A stretch of DNA of 64,000 nucleotides from Alphaproteobacteria bacterium (lineage in GTDB: Bacteria; Pseudomonadota; Alphaproteobacteria; UBA828): contig CBDEFM010000002.1 in the NCBI GenBank assembly GCA_965237415.1, positions 64,001-128,000 on the forward strand, given 5' to 3'. The notes below the pieces were generated by a model, which had not been told where the DNA came from, made no database searches, and worked only from the letters and a program-made list of their open reading frames with translations. Shown one piece after another: positions 9,121 to 19,038 of the stretch. Within the stretch, counting starts at the first letter, position 1. Each line of letters opens with the position of its first letter. A program made the translations under genes and the position numbers.

Positions 9121-10539
9121 ATGGCGCGCAAGTCTCGAAGAACCCAGCGCCTCAGGGTGGTGAACCCGGACTGCGCAGGGATCGACATCGGCAAGGACCG
9201 GCATTTCGTGGCGGTCGACCCGGAACGCACCGAGGAGCCGGTGCGTTCGTTCGGCGCCTTTACCCGCGATCTGGAGGAGATGGCGGCGTGGCTAGCGTCG
9301 TGTGGGGTGACCAAGGTGGCGATGGAATCGACCTCGGTCTACTGGATAGCGGTCTACGAGACGCTGGAGCGCGCGGGCTTCGAGGTGATGCTGGTGCCGC
9401 CGCGCATGACGAAGCAGATCGGCGGGCGCAAGAGCGACGTGTTGGACTGCCAGTGGATCTGGCAGCTGATGTCCTACGGCCTGCTGCGGGGAGCGTTCCG
9501 TCCGGGCGACGAGGTTTGCCCGCTGCGCTCCTACGCACGCCAGATGAGGCGGCTGACCGGGGACCGCTCCCGCTGCGTCCTGCACATGCAGAAGGCGCTG
9601 ACCGAGATGAACGTCAAGCTCGACTCGGTGATCGCCAACATCGTGGGACTGACCGGCCAGCGCATCCTGCGCGCGATCATCGACGGCGAGCGTGACCCAG
9701 AGCGCCTGGCGACGCTCCGCCACCGGGGCATCAAGGCCGACGCCGATACGATCGCCGCGAGCCTTCAGGGGACGTGGCGTGAGGAGCATCTGTTCGCCCT
9801 CGAACAGGCCATGCAGCGCTACGACTTCCTGACCCAGCAGATCGACGACTGCGAGGCCCGGGTGATGGCCGAGATCGAGCGCCTGACACCGCCGGACGAT
9901 CTCCCGGACGGCGGCGCACCGGACCATGCCCCCGGCACGACCTCCGAAACCGCGTCGAGCCGCTCTGCGAACGCCGCAAGCAACTACACCGGCAAGGAGG
10001 GCATCCAGGCCCTGGCGTTGCGCGGAATGATGGGCGTCGACCTCACCGCGATCCCCACCATCGGTCCCGGTACCGCACTGGTGATCGCCTCGGAGATCGG
10101 CCCGGACTTCTCCGCCTTCCCCTCCGCCCAGCACTTCTGCTCCTGGCTTGCGCTCGCGCCGGGAACCAGGATCAGCGGCGGCAAGAACCTCCCCGGCAAG
10201 TCCCCGAAGGCGGTCAACCCCGTCGGGCAGGCCCTGCGCATGGCGGCCATGGCCGCGCGCCGCAGCGAGACCTTCATCGGCGCCAAGCACCGCGCAAGGC
10301 TCGCCCGAATGGACACCCCCGTTGCGATCAAGGCGACCGCCCGCGAACTCGCCTGCCTGATCTACCTCATGGTGACCGAAGGCCAGAAATACGTCGAGCA
10401 GGGCATCGACGCCTACGAGAAGCGGCGCCTCAACAGAAAGTTCGCTCATCTCGACCGCCAAGCCCGAAAACTCGGGCTCCAACTCGTCCCGGCACCGCAA
10501 AACGACGAAACGCAAAACTCAATGCCGTCAACTGCTTAG
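9121..10539 (+). CDS. IS110-family transposase (bridge recombinase), intact
   Basis: RuvC-like DEDD motifs AGIDIG, AMEST, KSDVLDC; C-terminal IPTIG...LAPGTRISGGK (serine motif); ATARELA. Confidence 0.95.
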   Translation: MARKSRRTQRLRVVNPDCAGIDIGKDRHFVAVDPERTEEPVRSFGAFTRDLEEMAAWLASCGVTKVAMESTSVYWIAVYETLERAGFEVMLVPPRMTKQIGGRKSDVLDCQWIWQLMSYGLLRGAFRPGDEVCPLRSYARQMRRLTGDRSRCVLHMQKALTEMNVKLDSVIANIVGLTGQRILRAIIDGERDPERLATLRHRGIKADADTIAASLQGTWREEHLFALEQAMQRYDFLTQQIDDCEARVMAEIERLTPPDDLPDGGAPDHAPGTTSETASSRSANAASNYTGKEGIQALALRGMMGVDLTAIPTIGPGTALVIASEIGPDFSAFPSAQHFCSWLALAPGTRISGGKNLPGKSPKAVNPVGQALRMAAMAARRSETFIGAKHRARLARMDTPVAIKATARELACLIYLMVTEGQKYVEQGIDAYEKRRLNRKFAHLDRQARKLGLQLVPAPQNDETQNSMPSTA

Positions 10540-10929
10540 GCAACTGTTACTCAAGAGCGCGCTTTGTTGACCCCCCGCAATCCAGCCAGATCATTGGGTT
10601 ACCGCGCCGATCGGCACCGAACCCGTGCGCCGATCAACAGTCGATCCCTCGCCGGAGACCGTCGAACACTATCGCGTCCAGGTTCGAACCTATCTCGACA
10701 TGACCGGCGCCGACCGGGGCTTGATCGTCATGATGACCGGCGGGAGGGTCGTCGAAATCCGTGGCCAGGGATGACGGATATAAGGCGGTGGGAGCGTGAC
10801 AGCTTCCGGGGGCGGAGATCGCTCTCGCGAGGCCCGGCGAGCGGAGAACGGATGAAGCGGCGGTGATCGTGGCAAGCCAGGTGAGAGCCAGCTAAATTGG
10901 TTTCCACACCAGAGACGGGCGACGGAAGA

Positions 10930-11245
10930 ATGGCCGAGTCTGGATTTCCGACGTTTTGCTCTGCCGACTTGCGCTTTATCGGCGACATGTTCTCCGACCC
11001 GCTGACCAGGGCCATCCGAAACGACATACTCTCGTTTCGCGCACCAGTCTGGTCCGAGGATGCACGCCGCGTCCTGACCGTACTTGGCGACGGGCGGTTT
11101 GATGCCGTGGCCGTTGCGATCCGGAGAGGCGCTCTGCGTTTCGCCGTGACGCCGGACTGGTCCTCGGGGATTCAGGCGATCGAGAGCGTTTTCGCGCTGA
11201 AGCGCCGGGCGCATCTGTTCCGGGCCGCGCCTTCGGTAACCTGGT
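10930..11245 (+). pseudogene. Hypothetical protein truncated by an IS21 end
   Basis: ORF MAESGFPTF... runs into the IS21 terminal repeat at 11246. Confidence 0.35.
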
Positions 11246-12263
11246 TGTTAGCGACGGCTTAGGAATGCGCGTATTTGCTGCATTTCTGGAGTTGGACGTG
11301 GTCGGCGGTTGATGCTGACGATCAATCCGAGGTGCCTCCAGGGTGCGTCATCGACATCGGGGTCGCGGCGGTAGCCGAGGGATCGCGCGACGCCTTCGAG
11401 GGGATAGGCTCTCAGGGTCTCGGCCTGCACCCGCCCGTACCATGGCGAGAGACGATCTATGACTACGCCGCCGACGGCGGCTCGCGGTCCAGGGCGTCGG
11501 CCTTTCCGGCTCGCCGACGGCCTGCTGCGCCCCGGCGGCGGCGGCGCTCTGCGCTGCGCTTCTTCTGGCGTTCCTCGGCCTCCTTTCGGCGATAGGAATC
11601 GCCGTCGATGGCGATGATCTCGGCGTTGTGGATGAGGCGGTCGACGAGGGCGACGACGCAGGCGGCGTTGGGGAAGGCTTCGCTCCACTCGGCGAAGGGC
11701 CGGTTTGTGGTGATTATGGTGGAGCGCTGCTGGCTGCGGCTGGAGACGATATTGAACAGCAGATCGGCATGGCGATTGCTATAGGAGAGGTAGCCGACCT
11801 CGTCGATCACCAGCAGCTGTTGGCGGGCGTAGAATCGGAGCTTGCGCTGGAGCAGGCTGTCGCTATCGAGGGCGGCGAGCTCACCGAGCATGTTTCCTGC
11901 AGTTGTGAAGCGCACGGTGTGCCCCTCGATGATGGCGCGGTGGGCGAGGTTGGCGGCGATGGTGGACTTGCCCACCCCGTTTGGGCCGACGAGGACGACG
12001 TTGGCGGCCTCGCGCAGGAACTCGAGGCTCATGAGGTCCTCGATGACCATTGGGTCGCAGCGGCGGGGCCAGTCCCAATCGAAGTCGACGAGGGGCTTGA
12101 AGTGTCCAATGCGGGCCTCGCTGAGGCGCCGCTTGAGGCTGCGGCTTCGCCGTTCTTCCTCTTCCCAGGCGATGAGGGTGGGCAGCCAGCTGCACTCGCC
12201 GATGTCGTCCCAGTGGGCGATGAGGCCGTACAGGCGCAGCGCGCGGGCACGGTCCTTGAGGGT
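11246..12263 (-). mobile_element. istB: Partial IS21 (istB + right end); inverted copy of 38367-39384
   Basis: Same IstB translation and same terminal TGTTAGCGACGGCTTAGG as the full element; both spans are 1018 bp. Confidence 0.92.
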
Positions 12264-12329
12264 ATCGTAGGCGGTCCTGCGCGGCCGCAGCGCCTTGACG
12301 CGGGCGTCGGTCAGGATGACCTTGGGCAT
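12264..12329 (-). pseudogene. Tyrosine integrase N-terminal (arm-binding) remnant fused in frame to IstB
   Basis: MPKVILTDARVKALRPRRTAYD resembles the N-terminus of P4-like integrases. Confidence 0.6.
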
Positions 12330-12705
12330 GAACCTTCTCCCGATTGCGGTTGCAGCCGGGGAAGCGTGAGTTACGCAATCCGTTCCGCTGCAACGATTGT
12401 CAGGAGAAAAAACAACCCTTTATCAAATAGTTAGAACCGAAGGTGCGTGTTAAGGTGTATTCCACCGTCTGACGGAGGAATGCAGATGAGCAGCAAGCGA
12501 CGCAGGTTGTCGGGGGAGCGACTGTTCGGGTTCTCAGGAACAGCGGACGGGGAGCCACGCTCACCCGCGGTCTTCGACACCAAAGGTGGATCGGTCTCCC
12601 GCCCGCTTCCACCGCCGTCAGAATAACAACGACGGCGATCAGACAAGATACAAGGTGGAGGCGCGTGTGCCTGTCGAGTGCTGCGACCTTCGCGCGAGCT
12701 GCGGG

Positions 12706-14799
12706 TCAGCGGCGGCGGCTCGTATCGAGGACGATGCAGCCGGCGTCGTTGAGGGTTGCATGCACGCCGGGCGGTACGACGCAGGTCGCGTCGTACTCCT
12801 CGACGATCACAGGGCCTTCCCGCGCCTCTGCAAGGTCGGCGCGGGCGATCACGTCGGCCTCGCACCAGCCGTCGTCCGGGCCGAAATAGGCGCGCCGGGT
12901 CGCGGGCCCGGACGCTGGCCCGGCGGCGTGGTCGATGCGGGGCGGCGGGGCGGCGGGGCGGCGGCCGCGGCCCAGCACGCGGAGCGTGACCAGCTCGACC
13001 GGCTCCTCTGGCCCGGCACGGTGGCCGTAGGTGCGCTCATGCTCCGCGCCGAAGGCCTCTTCGAGCGCAGCCAGCGCGTCATCGTCGAGCGGGCCGTCCG
13101 GCAGGGCGACGGTGAGCTCGTAGGTCTGGCCCTGATAGTGGAGGCTTGCGTGGCGCTCGATCGTGGCGGCGGGCCCGCCGTAGCCGTCGGCGGCGAGCCG
13201 GCGGAGCGCCTCCTCGGCCAGCGCGACCCACGCAGCGTTGAGCGCGGACTTGTCGAGGTCCCGCAGCAGCGCGCGAAAGGTGCGCGAGAGGTGGTGCTCG
13301 ACGTCCGCCGTGAGCAGGCCGAAGGAGGAGAAGAGGCCGGGGGCAGGGGGTACGACCACGCGCCGGATCGCGATGGCCTGGGCCATCGCGGCGCCGAACA
13401 CAGGCCCGTTGCCGCCGAAGGCGACGAGCGTATAGCCGCGCGGGTCGCGGCCACGCTCGGTCGAGACCGCGCGGATCGCCCGGATCATGTTGGAGGCCAC
13501 GATCCGGTGCGCGCCGTAGGCCGCCTCTTCGACCGAAACGCCGAGTGGCTCCGCGATCTGTTGCCGCATCGCGTCGATCGCCTTGGCGGAATCGATGGGC
13601 AGCGCGCCGCCCACGAGGTAGTCCGGATTGAGGTAGCCGAGAGCCACGTTGGCGTCGGTGATGGTGGGCGCGCTCCCGCCCTGGTCGTAGCAGACGGGGC
13701 CGGGCTCGGCGCCCGCGCTCTCAGGCCCGACCTGCATGGAACCGCCGGCGTCGATGGCGATGAGCGAGCCGCCGCCTGCACCCACCTCGGCGAGATCGAT
13801 GGCCGGCATCCGCACAAGATAGCCGGCGCCGGTCATCAGGCGGGAGCCGGTGAGGATGCCGCCCCCCACCTGGAACTCGCTGGAGCGGCTGATGACGCCG
13901 CCTTCGATCAGCGCCGCCTTCGCCGTGGTGCCCCCCATGTCGAAGGTGACGAGATCGTCCTGGCCGATATCGCCGGCCATGGCGAGTGCGCCGACCACGC
14001 CGCCGGCCGGTCCCGATTCGACGATGTTGACCGGGCGGTGCGACGCCTCCTCCGCCGAGGTCAGCCCGCCGTTCGACTGCATGATGAGCAGGTGCGCGTT
14101 CGGGCAGCGCTCCGTGATCGCCTGCCCCAAGCGCTCCAGATACGTGCGCACGATGGGGCTGATGTAGGTGTTGATGACCGTGGTCGACGTGCGCTCGTAC
14201 TCCTTGATCTCGGGCAGGACGTCGTAGCTGATGCTGACGGCGCAGCCCGGCGCGCGCTCCTTGACGATCGCCTCCACCGCCCGCTCGTGGACCGGATTGG
14301 CAAAGGCGTTGATGAGGCAGATGGCGATGGCGTCCACGCCTTCGGCGAGCAGCCGATCCACCGCAGCGCGTGCGTCCTCGGCATCGAGGGCCGTCTGCAC
14401 ATTGCCCGCCGTGTCGATCCGCTCGTCCACCACGGCGCGCAGGTAGCGCTCCACGAGCGGCGGCGGCTTCTCCCACGCGAGGTCGTAGAGCCGGGGCATC
14501 CTGAGGTTGCGGATCTCCAGCACGTCGCGGAAGCCGCGCGTGCCGATCAGCCCGGTGCGGGCGCCCTTGCGCTCCAGTAGCGCGTTGCTGGCGACGGTGG
14601 TTCCGTGCACCACCTCGGCGATGTCGGCGCCGTCGATCGCGTGCTCGGCGACGAGGGAGGCGACGCCTTCCATGATGGCGCGGGCGTAGTCGTCGACGCT
14701 GGAGGAGACTTTTCGCGTCGCGACCGTGCCATCCTCGGCCAGGAGAACGATATCGGTGAAGGTGCCGCCGATATCGACGCCGATGCGGTATGCGCTCAC
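12706..14799 (-). CDS. Hydantoinase/oxoprolinase A subunit (ATP-dependent)
   Basis: IGVDIGGTFTD, HGTTVASNALLERKG, ESGPAGG, FDMGGTT, GPESAGAEPGP; GTG start overlaps the B-subunit stop. Confidence 0.95.
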   Translation of the reverse strand: MSAYRIGVDIGGTFTDIVLLAEDGTVATRKVSSSVDDYARAIMEGVASLVAEHAIDGADIAEVVHGTTVASNALLERKGARTGLIGTRGFRDVLEIRNLRMPRLYDLAWEKPPPLVERYLRAVVDERIDTAGNVQTALDAEDARAAVDRLLAEGVDAIAICLINAFANPVHERAVEAIVKERAPGCAVSISYDVLPEIKEYERTSTTVINTYISPIVRTYLERLGQAITERCPNAHLLIMQSNGGLTSAEEASHRPVNIVESGPAGGVVGALAMAGDIGQDDLVTFDMGGTTAKAALIEGGVISRSSEFQVGGGILTGSRLMTGAGYLVRMPAIDLAEVGAGGGSLIAIDAGGSMQVGPESAGAEPGPVCYDQGGSAPTITDANVALGYLNPDYLVGGALPIDSAKAIDAMRQQIAEPLGVSVEEAAYGAHRIVASNMIRAIRAVSTERGRDPRGYTLVAFGGNGPVFGAAMAQAIAIRRVVVPPAPGLFSSFGLLTADVEHHLSRTFRALLRDLDKSALNAAWVALAEEALRRLAADGYGGPAATIERHASLHYQGQTYELTVALPDGPLDDDALAALEEAFGAEHERTYGHRAGPEEPVELVTLRVLGRGRRPAAPPPRIDHAAGPASGPATRRAYFGPDDGWCEADVIARADLAEAREGPVIVEEYDATCVVPPGVHATLNDAGCIVLDTSRRR

Positions 14800-16661
14800 G
14801 CCCTGCTCTCGGGCGCGGTGTCTACAGGCGGCATCTCGCCGCGCGAGACTGCCGGCGGCGCGGACCACCCTCGTGCGGCCCGCAATACCGCCCGGCGCGC
14901 CTCGGTTGCGGCATGATCCACCCGCCAAGAGGTGCGATCGACGATCACGCCGTAGTCGTCGCGCGCGGTGTCCTCACCGATCATCTCGTTGCGCAGGTCG
15001 CGCAGCACGGCTTGCGGATCGCGCTCCAGCGGATCGCCCCAGCCGCCGGCGCCGGCGAGCTCGTGGCGGAAGACATCGCCATGCTGGATCGTCTCGGTAA
15101 GCTTGCTCGGCAGCGGGCGTTCGTCCGGCCCCGGATTCATCGCGTTGCGCGAGGGCTGGCCGGGGCTCCCGCCATAGAGCCCGTAGGGGCGGAAGGTGTG
15201 GCGGTCGGAGCGCACCTGGAGCAGCCCTTCGGCCTCCAGAAAGCGATAGTCGCGGCGGAACGGCGTGCCGCCCCGGTAGCGGCCGGCGCCTGCGCGGTCG
15301 GGCACGAACTCGTAGGAGAGGATCTGCAGCGGATACTCGGCCTCGGTCACCTCCACCGACTGGGAGGCCATGTTGGCGAAGATGTTGGAGTTGCCGTCGA
15401 GGCCGTCGGCCCAGGGCCGGGCACCCCAGGTGCCGCAGGTGAAATCGACATAGATGAAGGGCTTCCGCTGATCGTCGTAGCCGCCGATGGTGATGCCGGT
15501 GTTGCCGCCGTCCGAAGCCGCAAACACTTTTTCGGGCAGCATCATGGCGAGCGCCCCGAAGGCGCAATCCACCATGCGGAACCCGGTGAGCCCGCGCGCG
15601 GCGCAGGCCGCCGGCAGCACGGCGTTGGTGATGGTGCCGGAGGGCGCTGAGACGGTGATGGCGCGGAACACGCCCTCGTTGTTGGGGATACCCGCTGGCA
15701 AGACCGAGCGGATCGCCGTGTAGGTGGCGGCCTTGGTCCAGGACAGCGTGCTGTTGATCGCGCCCTTCACTTGCGGCGATGAGCCCGCCCAGTCGGCATG
15801 GAGGCTGCCGCCCTCCTTGCGGAGCGTGACGAACAGCCTGATCGGCTTGCCGCGATCGACGCCGTCGTCGTCGATCCAGTCCTCGAAGCTGGTCTCGCCG
15901 TCGGGCAGGTCGCGGAGCGCGGCGCGGGTGAGGCGCTCGGCATAGTCGATGATCTCGCGCAGATAGAAGCGCGTGGCCTGGGCGCCGTGCTGGCGGACCA
16001 GTTCGATGAACTGGCGCTCCGCGATGTGGCAGGCCGCGAGCTGGGCGCGCAGGTCGCCGAAGAGCTTGACCGGCAGGCGCACGTTCTTCTCCAGGATCGC
16101 GAAGAGGGTCTCGTTGCGCGCGCCCTTATCGTAGAGGCGGAGCGGCGGGATGCGCACCCCTTCCTGGTAGATCTCGGTGGAATCGGAGGCGTTGGAGCCT
16201 GCCACACGGCCGCCGACATCGGCGTGGTGGCAGACCGTGGCTGCGAAGGCCAGACGCTCGCCCCCGTCGAAGACCGGCTTGAAGATGAAGATGTCCGGCA
16301 GGTGCATGCCGCCGTCGAACGGGTCGTTCATCACGAACACGTCGTCGGGATGGATGTCGTCGCCATAGTGGCGCAACACCGATTCGATGGCGGTCGGCAC
16401 TGAGCCGAGATGGCCAGGCAGGGTGAGACCCTGCGCGATGAGGCGCCCGTCACCGTCGGTGAGCGCCGTGGAGAAATCCATGTTGTCGCGGAGCACGCCC
16501 GAATAGGTGGTGCGGCAGACGGTGAGCGCCATCTCGTCCGCGATGGCGAAGATGGCGTTCCTGAAGAGCTCGAAGCCGAAGGGATCGGCCCCGCCCGCGC
16601 CCTGCGCCTCGGCCGCGCCCGCCGCTCCTGCGCTCTCACCGCGCTCTACGATTGCTTCCAT
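14796..16661 (-). CDS. Hydantoinase B/oxoprolinase subunit
   Basis: NDPFDGGMHLPD, HHADVGG, EIYQEG, GAGGWGDPLERD. Confidence 0.95.
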   Translation of the reverse strand: MEAIVERGESAGAAGAAEAQGAGGADPFGFELFRNAIFAIADEMALTVCRTTYSGVLRDNMDFSTALTDGDGRLIAQGLTLPGHLGSVPTAIESVLRHYGDDIHPDDVFVMNDPFDGGMHLPDIFIFKPVFDGGERLAFAATVCHHADVGGRVAGSNASDSTEIYQEGVRIPPLRLYDKGARNETLFAILEKNVRLPVKLFGDLRAQLAACHIAERQFIELVRQHGAQATRFYLREIIDYAERLTRAALRDLPDGETSFEDWIDDDGVDRGKPIRLFVTLRKEGGSLHADWAGSSPQVKGAINSTLSWTKAATYTAIRSVLPAGIPNNEGVFRAITVSAPSGTITNAVLPAACAARGLTGFRMVDCAFGALAMMLPEKVFAASDGGNTGITIGGYDDQRKPFIYVDFTCGTWGARPWADGLDGNSNIFANMASQSVEVTEAEYPLQILSYEFVPDRAGAGRYRGGTPFRRDYRFLEAEGLLQVRSDRHTFRPYGLYGGSPGQPSRNAMNPGPDERPLPSKLTETIQHGDVFRHELAGAGGWGDPLERDPQAVLRDLRNEMIGEDTARDDYGVIVDRTSWRVDHAATEARRAVLRAARGWSAPPAVSRGEMPPVDTAPESRA

Positions 16662-16912
16662 GCGTCCCTCCCCCCGTTCAGCCTCGATGATAGCGAGGGG
16701 GGCGAGCGCGAGTCGACTCTGGCTGCAGACTGGACTGTCGCGGTGGCGGGGTAACGCCCTGGATTTGCCATCCGCTCGATTTCTGGTCTTGATGCCACTC
16801 CCGCCCTGCTCAGGCTGCGTAACTTCGACGTAAGGCTGTTGTGGCTACCCCATATGGCGTTCGTTGAACCTCACGAGGAATTAGAGGGTTCCATGACTGA
16901 TGCAGATTTGAG

Positions 16913-18667
16913 CTAGCGAATTCCGCCAAAGCCCGCAAGGAGTTCGACTCCCTGAGTTTGGTCATTGAGGATGCCCGCCATTTCCTCGTGAGCAGGGCCG
17001 AAGAAGGAGCCTGCAAGATGGCCATCGGCATCAGAAAACGCGTTTCCGGAGACCTCGATGTCGTACATGAGATCAGAAGATCGGAAGCCAACCGCTTCGC
17101 CATCGGTATGAACAGTGAGATTTTCAAACTGTGCAGTACCGTCAAGGGTCGACAAGTCAACGGCAAGCTCGGCGTCGCCGAATACAGGCGGCAAGTGTGC
17201 GCTGCCAAGATCGACACCGATGAGCGATCCTGTCCATGTAGCGCTGCCTAAAGATCCTGATGTGTGCAGCTCGGCAAGTGTCATGCTCGGGGAAACACCA
17301 AACGCATCGGCACCGGCGCGCAACTGGTCCTGGGCAAAGACTTCCGATCCATCATCTTCGTACTCAAGCATACGCTCCACGCCCGCCCCCCAGGCGCTGT
17401 ACTGGCCCCAAGCGCCGTAACCGTACAGTTCCGGCTCCGATGCGGTGTCTGCATCAAGAATCTCGTACCCAATGTCATCAAGGTACGCAAAGTCAATCTC
17501 GGAGGGTTCGTACACCTCTCTCGGTTCATTGCAGTACGCCATGAGAGACGAGCAGACGCCCAAATGACCGTAATCCACCGTCGCACCAGGCGTGAAAGGA
17601 GGCACTTCTTGCCTGCCATCAAGCCACTGGAACGGAACGGGGTTGCCGCCATTGGCCCGTTGCGATTCCGGACCTTCGAAGGTAGCGTCTTGATAGTTCA
17701 TATAGCGCTCAATGCTCGGAACATTCCATCCGCCTTGATGATTCGTTACGCCGACAATGTGCCCTATTTCATGCCCCAGCACGTGTACAAACCACCAATT
17801 TCCAACCGATCGTCGCTCATCGATATTTGCTTTGGACAGGACCATCTTTCCATGCCAAGGTTCGTAGTCGTTTTGGGTGATGTCAGCGTTGTGTGGTCCA
17901 CCTGAAGATAATGGGTCCGTCGTAGCATGAGTGACGGTGATCAAAACGCCGTCCGTTTCGACATCTTCTGTATATGTCACCATGGTCTGTACTGCGCCTG
18001 CATGTGACCCCCTGGCAGTAACTGTCGTGCCTGCCGTTACCGAATGTGTGCCGAAATCGTCGAGGAGTCGATGCGACCAGAGCTTCCCCGCCCTTTCCGC
18101 CTGCGCGCGTGTTTTGGAATCAATATTGGGTGCGAACTGCCAGTCGAACTCTATGTTGAGCGTTCCGGCAGGACCGCCTTTCCAGTGCCCATACGTGATC
18201 CCGTCGCGCTCTCCGATTATTTGGATTTCGTCAGGTTGAATATTGCGGAGGACAGTTCCGGAAGTTATGGGGTCGGCCTCGGTCGCATCAATCAAATTCT
18301 TTATCAACGTTCTCCGGCTCTCAATATCTCCCTGGCTGACTGGAAACAAGGAAAATAAGTTCCTCAAAGCCTCCGGATCATTCCAGTGGTCGAGCAGGTC
18401 TTCGGCGGTAGAGTTGCTGCGCCACTCGGTCACAACCGATTGGATTATATCGCCGTCGCCGTCACCAGACATCATGCCGTCGCCATCGCCGTCGTCCGGC
18501 ATCATGCCGTCGCCATCGCCGTCGCCGGGCATCATGCCGTCGCCATCGCCAGGCGGCATACCTCCTGTCTCTGGGCCGTCTCCCCCTCCGCCTCCACAAG
18601 CGGACAAGGCCAGTAACGCGACCATTGAAAGGGCGGTCGAGCTCTTCAGAAGTGTGGCGATTTTCAT
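16913..18667 (-). CDS. Lipoprotein with HEXXH zinc-peptidase-like domain and C-terminal TbpB-like beta-barrel
   Basis: Lipobox LALSAC-GGGG; Gly/Asp/Met repeats; LGHEIGH; C-terminal ATWTGSLIG...GSFFGPAHEEMAG...GFGG; lower GC than flanks. Confidence 0.7.
   Translation of the reverse strand: MKIATLLKSSTALSMVALLALSACGGGGGDGPETGGMPPGDGDGMMPGDGDGDGMMPDDGDGDGMMSGDGDGDIIQSVVTEWRSNSTAEDLLDHWNDPEALRNLFSLFPVSQGDIESRRTLIKNLIDATEADPITSGTVLRNIQPDEIQIIGERDGITYGHWKGGPAGTLNIEFDWQFAPNIDSKTRAQAERAGKLWSHRLLDDFGTHSVTAGTTVTARGSHAGAVQTMVTYTEDVETDGVLITVTHATTDPLSSGGPHNADITQNDYEPWHGKMVLSKANIDERRSVGNWWFVHVLGHEIGHIVGVTNHQGGWNVPSIERYMNYQDATFEGPESQRANGGNPVPFQWLDGRQEVPPFTPGATVDYGHLGVCSSLMAYCNEPREVYEPSEIDFAYLDDIGYEILDADTASEPELYGYGAWGQYSAWGAGVERMLEYEDDGSEVFAQDQLRAGADAFGVSPSMTLAELHTSGSLGSATWTGSLIGVDLGSAHLPPVFGDAELAVDLSTLDGTAQFENLTVHTDGEAVGFRSSDLMYDIEVSGNAFSDADGHLAGSFFGPAHEEMAGILNDQTQGVELLAGFGGIR
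18451..18560 (-). repeat. Coding tandem repeat (GDGDGMMP-like, 24-30 bp units)
   Basis: CATCATGCCGTCGCCATCGCC occurs three times, plus degenerate units. Confidence 0.85.
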
Positions 18668-19038
18668 GGTGTCCTCCCTCAAATTTAGCTTATGTGCCTT
18701 TGCTGAGGCTCCCTCGCCGGCGCCCGTTTATACGAACCGCGCTTCAGGGCGGACGCAGGGCCTCGCACATCCATATGCATGGCTGCTCCCGCCCCCTGCC
18801 TTCCCTCACGTCAAGAACGGTGCAGAGTGCGGCCGCGTGCCAGTGACGCGATGACATTTAAGGTATGCCGATGTTCTCTAGGCTATTTACTAAAGTCAAT
18901 CCGATTATCGCTATATTCGATTTTAGCTGGGGCAAGAGACCTTGATGTGCGAAGCCGCGCAGGGAGGCTGGCCGCCTCCGTGGCCGCTCCCTAGAATGAG
19001 TGCCCGGATTTTCGGCTCGGATGCGGCCAGGCTGCCAG

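Larger units (their letters stand above)
3514..10557 (+). mobile_element. IS110-family element with AG core at both ends, interrupted by nested group II introns
   Basis: AG at 3514-3515 and 10556-10557; transposase 9121-10539; 5' non-coding region 3514-3641 + 9052-9120 once the intron is removed. Confidence 0.75.

Noticed and set aside
9051-10557. TCAAGAG at 9051 and 10551 as a target duplication bounding a 1.5-kb IS110
   Set aside because: IS110 elements do not normally make such duplications and this would leave no room for the ncRNA; the left copy is better read as the donor guide.
10520-10557. Promoter formed at the IS110 circle junction
   Set aside because: No convincing -35/-10 pair appears when 10557 is joined to 3516.
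18451-18560. CRISPR-like repeats
   Set aside because: These are in-frame coding repeats with no unique spacers, and no cas genes are present in the window.
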